NCBI GenBank assembly: GCA_963762565.1
Contig: CAVXLD010000010.1
Coordinates: forward strand, 352,001 to 416,000
Origin: an uncultured Verrucomicrobiae bacterium
GTDB lineage: Bacteria > Verrucomicrobiota > Verrucomicrobiia > Chthoniobacterales > JAFAMB01
Length of the DNA: 64,000 nucleotides
Direction of reading: 5' to 3'
Shown: positions 19,697 through 27,596 of the stretch, piece by piece
How positions within the stretch are numbered: position 1 is the stretch's first letter
Layout of the letters: the number at the start of each line of letters is the position of its first letter
Notes under the pieces: generated by a model
Database searches by the model: none
What the model was told of the DNA's origin: nothing
The model's input: the letters and a program-made list of their open reading frames with translations, nothing else
Position numbers and translations under genes: made by a program

Positions 19697-20314
19697 TCAC
19701 CGCTTCGACGCCAGCAATTTGCGAGCAACTTCCTGACACGCTGCCACCGAGGCTGCCGTATCGTCCTTTAGATTCAACGAGCTTCCCACTCCCAGCGCAG
19801 TGGCGCCGGCAGCAAAAAAATCCGGCGCGTTATCCAGGTTGATGCCACCCGTTGCCATCAGCGGGATCTCAGAAAAAGGACCGCGCAACTCCTTAAAATA
19901 AGCGCTCCCTAGCGTCGCAGCCGGGAACACCTTAATAACTTCCGCGCCGGCTTGATACGCCGAAAAGATCTCCGTCGGAGTCATCGCGCCTGAGAAAATC
20001 GGTATCCGATGCGAACGCGCAACCTTAATCACCTCAGTATTAAAGTTTGGTGTTACCAGAAACCGTGCTCCAGCCTGAATCGCTTTCTCGGCGAGATCAG
20101 GAACAGTTACGGTCCCTGCCCCGAAAAGTGCTCCTTTGAAATCCTTTGCCGCGGTTTCCAGGAACGGTAGCGCCCCTGGAGAATCGATCGTGACCTCGAT
20201 AAAACGCACTCCGGCTCCAAGCAGAGCACCCGCGCACACCCCGATATCCACGCGCGGACGCCTCAAAATCGCCACTAACGGAGCAGCCTGTAACTCAGCC
20301 AAGAATTCACTCAT
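19697..20314 (-). CDS. eda: KDPG/KHG/KDPGal aldolase family protein
   Basis: VAILR, IEVT, GAGTV, GARFLVTP, TPTEI, KVFPA, MATGGI. Confidence 0.88.
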   Translation of the reverse strand: MSEFLAELQAAPLVAILRRPRVDIGVCAGALLGAGVRFIEVTIDSPGALPFLETAAKDFKGALFGAGTVTVPDLAEKAIQAGARFLVTPNFNTEVIKVARSHRIPIFSGAMTPTEIFSAYQAGAEVIKVFPAATLGSAYFKELRGPFSEIPLMATGGINLDNAPDFFAAGATALGVGSSLNLKDDTAASVAACQEVARKLLASKR

Positions 20315-20349
20315 TCTTTAACAACGATCTTCATCCTGGTTCGCGCGAA

Positions 20350-20641
20350 GTAATCAGTGCGGAGGGGAGCCGCTTTGGCGTGCATCTGTCCGCCCTAGCC
20401 AGTTTCGTCTCAGCAATTATCCGGCCAAGATGTGCGCAAACAGGCGGTTCCCGCAAACGGCCCCAGCGGTTCGCAACCCCCCAGAATCTAAACAAATCGC
20501 AGCCATGGGCAATCATCGCGCTGGGTTATTCCCGGGAGCCGCCCGTTGCGACATTCTTCGCTCGAATTGAGCGCTGGAAAAATACTGCGAGGTCGCCTGG
20601 TACGTGCCAAAGCGGCTCCCCTCCAGGTACACACTGATTAC
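20350..20641. repeat. Nested inverted-repeat element, family D
   Basis: GTAATCAGTG / CACTGATTAC outer IR; perfect 19-bp IR at 20361-20379 and 20606-20624; imperfect inner IR near 20436-20453 and 20533-20549. Confidence 0.8.
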
Positions 20642-20671
20642 TGACCCGCTGCCACGTTCCTTCGGCTTTTT

Positions 20672-22108
20672 TCAGCCAACGTCTGCCTTAGTCAGTTCAC
20701 CGTTAAGCGTGCGCCAAATGTTTCTGCCGTTCTTGTTCCGGAGGTCTACTGGCAGCAACGCCTCAGGAAAATTCTGGTAACAGGTCGGATGCACAAATCG
20801 TTGGATCGCCGCTGTACCAACGGACGTAAATCGCGCATCGCTTGTCGCCGGGTACGGACCGCCGTGATGCATGGCCGGGCAAACTTCAACACCGGTGGGA
20901 TAACCATTCCAGATGATGCGGCCTACCTTCGTTCGCAGAATCTCAGCTAATTGAGCCGCCAATTCCATGTCTGCTTCGTCCGCATGCAAAGTTGCCGTCA
21001 ATTGGCCTTTTAATTGTTTCGCGAACGCGACTAAGTCAGCCTCAGAGGAGCACTTCACCAGCAAGGTGGCCGGACCAAACAGTTCCTCATGCAACTCCGG
21101 CTCACGTAGGAATGTGCCAAGATCGGTTTCCAGAAAGATGCCTCCGCCTTCCGCGGAAACAAAACTTCGACGTTCCTCGATCAGTTTCTTGAAACGCGCT
21201 GCGATTCCTTCGGTCAACATCTGCCCTGGCGGTTTCTTGGACAGCAAGTCGCCGACTTGACCGGCAAGGACTTCGAGGCCATCGCCGGCGATACCAGCAA
21301 CGAACCCAGGTTTCGTACAAAACTGCCCGACTCCGAGGGTTACTGAATCCGCCAAGCCTTGAGCAATTTTATCCCGGCGGTTCGCCAGCGCATGCGGAAG
21401 GATAAAGAGTGGGTTTAGACTCCCCATCTCTGCAAAAACAGGGATCGGTTCTTCTCTGGCAGTTGCTGCATCAAACAAGGCTTTCCCCCCGGCAAACGAC
21501 CCGGTGAATCCGATCGCTTTAATCTCGGGATGCCGAACCAGCGCGACCCCGATCTCAATGCTCTGATCGCTGAGTAGACCGAATACGCCGGCGTCGATCC
21601 CCGACGCTCGGACTGCCCGCTTGATCGCATCGCCGATCAAAGCGGAAGTCCGTGGATGCCCAGGATGGGCCTTAACCACCGCCGGACAACCCGCCGCCAA
21701 CGCTGAAGCGGTATCACCCCCGGCCACTGAAAATGCGAGCGGGAAATTGCTCGCGGCGAACACACCAACTGGGCCGAGCGGTTCTAACATTCTCCGCACA
21801 TCCGGCTTAGGAACAGGTTTGCGATCCGGCTGAGCTGTATCAATACGGGCATCAACCCAGGAACCTTCTTCGATGAGACTAGCGAACATGCGCAATTGAT
21901 TGACCGTCCGGGCCCGTTCCCCGGCTAGTCGGTCACGTCCCAACCCGGTTTCGTCCGCACAAACGGTCAACAGTTCCTCCCCAATCCCTTCAATTTCTTC
22001 TCCAATCTTCCTGAGAAAGGCTGCTCGTTCCATTGCCGCGGGCGCCCGATACGCCGTCGCTGCCGCCAACAGCTCATCCAACTCCGCCGTCATCGCTTTC
22101 AGGTCCAT
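20672..22108 (-). CDS. Aldehyde dehydrogenase, 2,5-dioxopentanoate (KGSADH)-like
   Basis: ASNFPLAFSVAGGDTASALAAG, FTGS..GG, AEMGS.NP, GQFCTKPG, HHGGPYPAT; start at 22108 or 22093. Confidence 0.9.
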   Translation of the reverse strand: MDLKAMTAELDELLAAATAYRAPAAMERAAFLRKIGEEIEGIGEELLTVCADETGLGRDRLAGERARTVNQLRMFASLIEEGSWVDARIDTAQPDRKPVPKPDVRRMLEPLGPVGVFAASNFPLAFSVAGGDTASALAAGCPAVVKAHPGHPRTSALIGDAIKRAVRASGIDAGVFGLLSDQSIEIGVALVRHPEIKAIGFTGSFAGGKALFDAATAREEPIPVFAEMGSLNPLFILPHALANRRDKIAQGLADSVTLGVGQFCTKPGFVAGIAGDGLEVLAGQVGDLLSKKPPGQMLTEGIAARFKKLIEERRSFVSAEGGGIFLETDLGTFLREPELHEELFGPATLLVKCSSEADLVAFAKQLKGQLTATLHADEADMELAAQLAEILRTKVGRIIWNGYPTGVEVCPAMHHGGPYPATSDARFTSVGTAAIQRFVHPTCYQNFPEALLPVDLRNKNGRNIWRTLNGELTKADVG

Positions 22109-22160
22109 ACCGCCTACGGTAGCCAAGAAGGGAAGAGCCGCAAAAGAGTAGAGAAGAAGG

Positions 22161-22817
22161 AATAGCCGCGAAAGATCGCAAAGAACGCAAAGAAAAGAGG
22201 GTTGTTCAAAAACGCCTTTCAGAATTGCATTTAGGTCACTTCACTCGGATTTCAGCGCCATCGACGGAAGGCACAATTAGCACCAAAGTAACACGGAAAT
22301 TTATTGTTTCATTATCTCCCGATGTTGGGATAATGGTCACCTTCAGAAAAGCAACCCAGGGAGAAGCATATCTATGAGAGACATCAACGAACTCTGTGAC
22401 ATCGTACGAGAAACTGCGTACGCCATTCATTGTTATCATGGGCATGGCCACTTAGAAAAGGTCTACGAAAATGCGTTGGCTCATCGCTTGAGCAAGGCTG
22501 GGCTTCATGTCGCGCAACAATACCCAATTGAAGTTTTTGATGAAGATGGAACCTCAATCGGCGAGTACTTCGCAGATTTGATCGTCGGGGACACGCTGAT
22601 CGTCGAGCTCAAAGCATCCCGCACCCTGATCAGTGAGCATGTGGCTCAAATCTTAGGCTACCTACGTTCCGCGCGACGCGAGCACGGACTATTGATAAAC
22701 TTTGGCAGCTACAAATTTCAAATTCGCAAATTCGCCAAGAGCCTCGATTCGTTAGGACTCTAACCAGATTTTGGGAGCTCGATTTTTTTGCGTTCTTTGC
22801 GTTCTTTTGCGGCTATT
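22161..22817. mobile_element. Putative IR-bounded cassette carrying the GxxExxY gene
   Basis: 31-bp IR with 2 mismatches (22161-22191 / 22787-22817); cargo gene is antisense to the surrounding genes. Confidence 0.65.
22374..22763 (+). CDS. GxxExxY protein (PD-(D/E)XK nuclease-like family)
   Basis: GHLEKVY motif, ADLIV...IVELK, AQILGYL, GLLINFG. Confidence 0.92.
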   Translation: MRDINELCDIVRETAYAIHCYHGHGHLEKVYENALAHRLSKAGLHVAQQYPIEVFDEDGTSIGEYFADLIVGDTLIVELKASRTLISEHVAQILGYLRSARREHGLLINFGSYKFQIRKFAKSLDSLGL

Positions 22818-23815
22818 TAAATTCTTCGCACCGTTATCAGGCCTTCGTCGCGTGCCCGGGTTAACGGGTTTCGCAACGGGCGCCCAAAAGGTGAACACTC
22901 GATTTCAACCATGTCATTCGGTTCAGGGCTGAACCCGTCCTGACAACTGAGAGTACTGGCCCCAAAGAAATAGATATGCACATCGCCGGGGCGCCGGAAC
23001 ATCAGATACTTGAAATGATGATGTTCCAGGTTCGCGATGGTGTGAGTCATATTCTCTTCACCGGTTATGACACTGCCATTCCAGACCGGCTTCCCATTTC
23101 GAACAATGCGGACCGTCCCGGATAGGTTGGATGGGAGTTCTCCTAAAAAGAGCTCCGGCCCGATCGAGCATTCCCTTAGCTTTGAGTGCGCTAGATAAAG
23201 ATAATTCTGACGCTCGATCACATGATCGGACAACTCGTTTCCGAGCGTGAACCCGACTCGCACCGGGACACCTTGCGGATCGATAACATACAAACCGGCA
23301 ATCTCCGCTTCTTCTCCGCCGTCCCCCGCGAAGGCAGGTGAAGAGATCGGTTGTTCCGGCGCAACCAAACATTGACCGTCACCCTTGAAAGCCCATTCCG
23401 GCGGAACCCCAATCTCGCCTGGAGCCGGCTTGCCGCCTTCATATCCGAGGCGAAACATCTTCATCGAATCCGTCAATTGATCCGGATCCGAAGCGAGCTT
23501 CGCGTGCATCGCATCTCGAGACTTGGCGCTTCCTAGATGAGTGAGCCCAGTCAGCGAAACCCAGCATCGACTAGGATCGGGATGATCTAAAGGAACCAGC
23601 AACCGGCGCTCGCTGATAACGGCCTCGTACGGTTCGGTCCGCTCTGAAAGCTGAGACTCGGCTAACTCTGCTAATGACCGCCCGGTATTTAGCGCCGCGA
23701 ACACCAAATCATAAGCCGAGCTGAATCCATTCAATATTCGGAGCTCGGCTCCGTCCTGGCTGGGGATACCAACGCAGCGATCGCCGCGCGTATCTTTGAA
23801 TTGAACCAAGTTCAT
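22817..23815 (-). CDS. AraD1/GguC-type fumarylacetoacetate-hydrolase family protein
   Basis: TGLTHLGSA..RDAMH, TDSMKMF, PEWAFKG, DGGEEAEIAG, SDHVIERQNYLYLAHSKLR. Confidence 0.85.
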   Translation of the reverse strand: MNLVQFKDTRGDRCVGIPSQDGAELRILNGFSSAYDLVFAALNTGRSLAELAESQLSERTEPYEAVISERRLLVPLDHPDPSRCWVSLTGLTHLGSAKSRDAMHAKLASDPDQLTDSMKMFRLGYEGGKPAPGEIGVPPEWAFKGDGQCLVAPEQPISSPAFAGDGGEEAEIAGLYVIDPQGVPVRVGFTLGNELSDHVIERQNYLYLAHSKLRECSIGPELFLGELPSNLSGTVRIVRNGKPVWNGSVITGEENMTHTIANLEHHHFKYLMFRRPGDVHIYFFGASTLSCQDGFSPEPNDMVEIECSPFGRPLRNPLTRARDEGLITVRRI

Positions 23816-23821
23816 AAAATA

Positions 23822-23943
23822 AGAATCTAGGAGCTAGAATCTAGGAGGAATCCGCCGATCTGGCGGGTGTTTTGCAATTGATGCGCAATTTGGCCTCAAG
23901 ACCATTCTAGCTCCTAGATTCTAGCTCCTAGCTCCTAGCTCCT
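23822..23943. repeat. Inverted pair of (TAGGAGC/TAGAATC) heptamer arrays
   Basis: Left arm 23822-23847, right arm 23904-23943; fills the gap between the dehydratase and FAH genes. Confidence 0.85.
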
Positions 23944-23946
23944 TCT

Positions 23947-25467
23947 TTACATTACCGCCCCGAGCATCCAGGGCGCGAACTCCTCATCTCCAAATCCGTG
24001 TTCCTCTGAATGTGATTTTTCACCGGAAGCGATCTCGAGCATTCGTTGGAAGATCCGGCTGCCCATTTCCTGAAGGGACGCCGATCCATCTAGAATCTCT
24101 CCGCAGTTAATATCCATATCGTCCGACATGCGATAGAACAGCGAAGTATTCGTCGCCAATTTTAACGATGGCGTCGGTTTACAACCGTACACCGAGCCGC
24201 GTCCGGTCGTGAAACAGATTAGGTTCGCTCCACCTGCAACTTGTCCCGTTGCCGCCACGGGATCGTGTCCTGGGGTGTCCATAAACACCAGCCCATGAGC
24301 GGTCACTGGTTCGGCATACTCATAGACATCGACGAGGTTGGTGGTGCCACCCTTCGCTACCGCCCCGAGTGATTTTTCCAGGATGGTGGAAAGTCCGCCT
24401 AATTTATTGCCGGGAGAAGGATTGTTGTTCATTTCGCCGTGGTTGCGCGCGGTGTAGTCCTCCCACCACTTAATCCTGGCAACCAGCTTCTCTCCGACCT
24501 CTTCTGAAACTGCCCGCCGAGTCAGGAGATGTTCAGCTCCATAAATCTCCGGTGTCTCAGAAAGAATGGCCGTTCCGCCTGCTTCTACTAGCAGATCAAC
24601 GGCGGCTCCCAGCGCAGGATTAGCACTGATACCTGAATACCCATCCGAACCGCCGCATTGCAAAGCAACCGTCAAATGACGCGTCGAAACCGGTTCCCGC
24701 ACCACCTGATTTATTTCCGGCAACATCTCCTTAATAAGCTCGACTCCTCGTTGGACGGCTTTCACGGTTCCGCCACTGTCCTGAATCGTCATCGTTGCCA
24801 GTCGCGGTCCGCGTTCTAATCCTTGGTCATGAAGTAACGCGCCTACCTGGTTCACCTCGCAACCCAGACCGATAATCAGTACACCTCCAAAGTTAACGTG
24901 GCGCGCGTAACCAGCTAGCGTCCGTTGTAGAATCGTGAAGCCTTCCCCGGCATCAGCCATTCCACAGCCTGTGGTGTGCGTTATGGCAACCACTCCATCA
25001 ATATTTGGATAAGCCGGCAGAACTTGATGGTTCAGGATCTCCGCGATCTTTTTTGATACGGTTGCAGAGCAATTGACCGTAGAAATAATCCCGACGTAAT
25101 TTCGGGTCGCGACTCGACCGGACGGCCGCACGATGCCTTTAAACGAAGCGTCTTTTACAGTCGCAAACGGAGGCCTGCGATCGGCACAAAACGCGTAGTC
25201 CCGGGCAAAGTCGTGCAGCGCCAGGTTATGAACGTGAACGTGCTCGCCCGCAGCAATCGGTCTGGCCGCAAAACCAATCACTTGATTGTATCTTTTGACC
25301 GGCTGTCCGGGCGCAATGTCTCGTACCGCGATTTTGTGTCCCGCCGGAATATCGTTCGCCGTCCGCACCCCTTCTTTCTCTAACCACGTTCCGGAGCCGA
25401 TTGGACTGATCGCCACGACGACGTCATCAGCCGCGTGCAACCGGATAGCCCTAGATTCTTCATTCAT
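23947..25467 (-). CDS. uxaA: Altronate/galactarate dehydratase family (UxaA/GarD) with N-terminal SAF domain
   Basis: DDVVVA..IPAGHKIA..GEHVHVHN, TVNCSA, GLGCE, QCGGSD, NNPSPGNK.GG, FTTGRGS; start at ATG 25467. Confidence 0.85.
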   Translation of the reverse strand: MNEESRAIRLHAADDVVVAISPIGSGTWLEKEGVRTANDIPAGHKIAVRDIAPGQPVKRYNQVIGFAARPIAAGEHVHVHNLALHDFARDYAFCADRRPPFATVKDASFKGIVRPSGRVATRNYVGIISTVNCSATVSKKIAEILNHQVLPAYPNIDGVVAITHTTGCGMADAGEGFTILQRTLAGYARHVNFGGVLIIGLGCEVNQVGALLHDQGLERGPRLATMTIQDSGGTVKAVQRGVELIKEMLPEINQVVREPVSTRHLTVALQCGGSDGYSGISANPALGAAVDLLVEAGGTAILSETPEIYGAEHLLTRRAVSEEVGEKLVARIKWWEDYTARNHGEMNNNPSPGNKLGGLSTILEKSLGAVAKGGTTNLVDVYEYAEPVTAHGLVFMDTPGHDPVAATGQVAGGANLICFTTGRGSVYGCKPTPSLKLATNTSLFYRMSDDMDINCGEILDGSASLQEMGSRIFQRMLEIASGEKSHSEEHGFGDEEFAPWMLGAVM

Positions 25468-25490
25468 AAGCTTTAAAACTCTAACACGAG

Positions 25491-25815
25491 CGGGCGAAAC
25501 GGCGAGTGGGCGAATCCGAATGGGCGAAACGGCGATATGGTCCCCGATCGGTAGGGCGAAAATCTCGGCGCGAATTTCGGCTGCTACCTCGCCGATTCGG
25601 TCGCGCCGGATTTGAGCCATGCGTGCGATCGGCCTCGCCCAAGGCATATAATTTTCGAACAATCGCGAATCCGGGTAGGTGGTATGCGCACGGAGCGGCT
25701 CAAATCCGGCGCGGGAAAATTGCACACGAAAAGACACCCTCGGCGCGCCGAGATTTTCGCCCTACCGATCAGGGGGCCGCGTCGCCGTTTCGCCGATTCG
25801 CCCTTTCGCTTTCGC
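25491..25815. repeat. Nested inverted-repeat element, family C
   Basis: Perfect 27-bp IR (25546-25572 / 25744-25770), perfect 17-bp inner IR (25602-25618 / 25697-25713), outer GGCGAAAC-type short-repeat arms. Confidence 0.88.
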
Positions 25816-26742
25816 TCACGGCCTTTGCGCGCCGGTCGCCCCAACATACACCGCGTACAACGACGTCGTACCGGTTATAAACAATCGATTCCGTTTCGGC
25901 CCTCCAAAAGTCACATTCGACACCGACTCCGGAACCTTGATTTTTCCTAGCAACACTCCGTTTGGATCAAAGCAATGCACCCCATCACCCGCGCTAGTCC
26001 ACACATTCGCTTTGGTGTCGAGACGGAATCCGTCAGCACAACCAGGCGAAACCTCGGCAAATACTTTCCCTGCCCCCAACCCCTTACCGTCGCCGGTCAC
26101 AGGAAAAACCCGGATATGACGCTCTCCCCCAATTTTGTGCGAGACACCTGTGTCCGCGATATAAACCAATGACTCATCTGGAGAAAATGCGATGCCGTTC
26201 GGCTTATTAAAATCGTTTGCTAGAACCGTCAGCTCTCCTGTGTTCGGATCCAGCCGAAACACATAGGCGCCGCCGTACTCGCTCTCGCCGGCATGCCCTT
26301 CGTAATCGCTCAAAATCCCGTAGGGCGGATCGGTAAACCAGATTGACCCGTCCGATTTAACCACGGCATCGTTCGGCGAATTCAAGCGGTGTTGGCCAAA
26401 CCGATCGACCAAAACCGTGATGCTGCCGTCGGGTTCGGTCCGCGTCACTCGTCTTGCACCATGTTCACACGTGATCAGCCGGCCTTCCCGATCGCGGGTA
26501 TTACCATTGCTATTGTTAGAAGGCGTCCGGAACACGCTAACCTGCTCCCCAGCCCACCGCAGCATCCGGTTGTTCGGTATATCACTCCACAGCAGATAGT
26601 CGCCGTCGGCGAAATAGACTGGCCCCTCCGCCCAGAGACACCCCTGGTGAAGACGTTCCACCCAGCAATTTGGCACGGTAAGATACAAAAATCGTTCGTC
26701 GTAAACTTCGAATTCGTTACGTGGCCCGGAAGTCATGATCAT
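25816..26742 (-). CDS. SMP-30/gluconolactonase family protein
   Basis: WAEGPV, WSDIPNNR, SNGNT, LNSPND, FTDPPYG, PNGIAFSPD, ADGFRLD. Confidence 0.92.
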   Translation of the reverse strand: MIMTSGPRNEFEVYDERFLYLTVPNCWVERLHQGCLWAEGPVYFADGDYLLWSDIPNNRMLRWAGEQVSVFRTPSNNSNGNTRDREGRLITCEHGARRVTRTEPDGSITVLVDRFGQHRLNSPNDAVVKSDGSIWFTDPPYGILSDYEGHAGESEYGGAYVFRLDPNTGELTVLANDFNKPNGIAFSPDESLVYIADTGVSHKIGGERHIRVFPVTGDGKGLGAGKVFAEVSPGCADGFRLDTKANVWTSAGDGVHCFDPNGVLLGKIKVPESVSNVTFGGPKRNRLFITGTTSLYAVYVGATGAQRP

Positions 26743-26856
26743 AGGAGTCCAAGGAGTTCGAGGAGTTCAAGAATTGGGGCAGTCTGAAAATCGAGTAACC
26801 CAGCGACGCATCAAATTCAACGGAATCATACAGAAGAACATTTGGCGCCCATCGCT

Positions 26857-27009
26857 GGGAGGGCGCGCAGCCTGTCCGCCATAGCTTTAGCGACGGAGGA
26901 TCCCCGCGCGCCGCGAGCACGTGCCACAACCCAAAGGTATATTTACGTCCGAAATCACGCCATGTCCTCGGCTTCGGTAACGGCGGATCACGGGGACGCG
27001 ATCTCTCCC
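26857..27009. repeat. Family A element copy 3, with the 30-bp insert at 26871-26900
   Basis: Same ends as copy 1; interior homologous to copy 4 at 47069. Confidence 0.85.
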
Positions 27010-27488
27010 AGAATTGCAGCCGCGTCGCGTACCGGTTTTAGATAGACGATGAAGCCAGGGAATTTGGCCACCTTGTCGTAGAGTTGCCGCGCCGTGGTAT
27101 TGGATTCGTGCGTGTGCCAGTAGAGGCGGTTGGAGCCCGCTTGTTTGGCTCGGTCGTAAACTCCATTGATAAGGGCCCGGCCAATGCCTTTGCCGCGGGC
27201 AGATTCGCTGGTGAATAGATCCTGGAGATAACAGATTGGCGGGATCTCGATGGTGCTGCGATGGAAGAGGTAATGAGCTAGGCCGACCAATTGACCGTGG
27301 GTTTCTGCCACCAGAGCGTGGACCGGATCATACGAATCGAAGAAGCGTGCCCAAGTCGTGCGCGTGATTTCAGGCGAGAGAGCGGTTGGGCCCGAGCGGC
27401 CGTAGAAAGCGTTATAACCATCCCACAAAGGAAGCCATTGGTTGTAATCTTGCGGAGTTACAGAGCGAATAGTGAAGTCGAGGATCAT
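26988..27488 (-). CDS. GNAT family N-acetyltransferase
   Basis: W.PLWDGYNAFY, CYLQDLF..ARGKGIGRALI, LYWHTHESN..ARQLYDKVA. Confidence 0.92.
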   Translation of the reverse strand: MILDFTIRSVTPQDYNQWLPLWDGYNAFYGRSGPTALSPEITRTTWARFFDSYDPVHALVAETHGQLVGLAHYLFHRSTIEIPPICYLQDLFTSESARGKGIGRALINGVYDRAKQAGSNRLYWHTHESNTTARQLYDKVAKFPGFIVYLKPVRDAAAILGEIASP

Positions 27489-27596
27489 GGCGACGGATTA
27501 CTTTTCCCCTGAATAACGCTCGGGAGAAGTCTGGCCAGAAGGGCCATTTAGCGGAAAATAGCCGAGCTATATCCTTGTACTCCTCGAACTCCTTCC

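Larger units (their letters stand above)
26743..27596. mobile_element. Putative IR-bounded cassette (AGGAGTTCR 9-mer arms) holding the GNAT gene and a family A element
   Basis: 24-bp IR with 2 mismatches (26751-26774 / 27571-27594) spanning the whole ubiD-lactonase gap. Confidence 0.55.

Noticed and set aside
26462..26477. parS-like sequence TGTTCACACGTGATCA
   Set aside because: Poor match to the TGTTTCACGTGAAACA consensus and inside a CDS; I saw no convincing parS.
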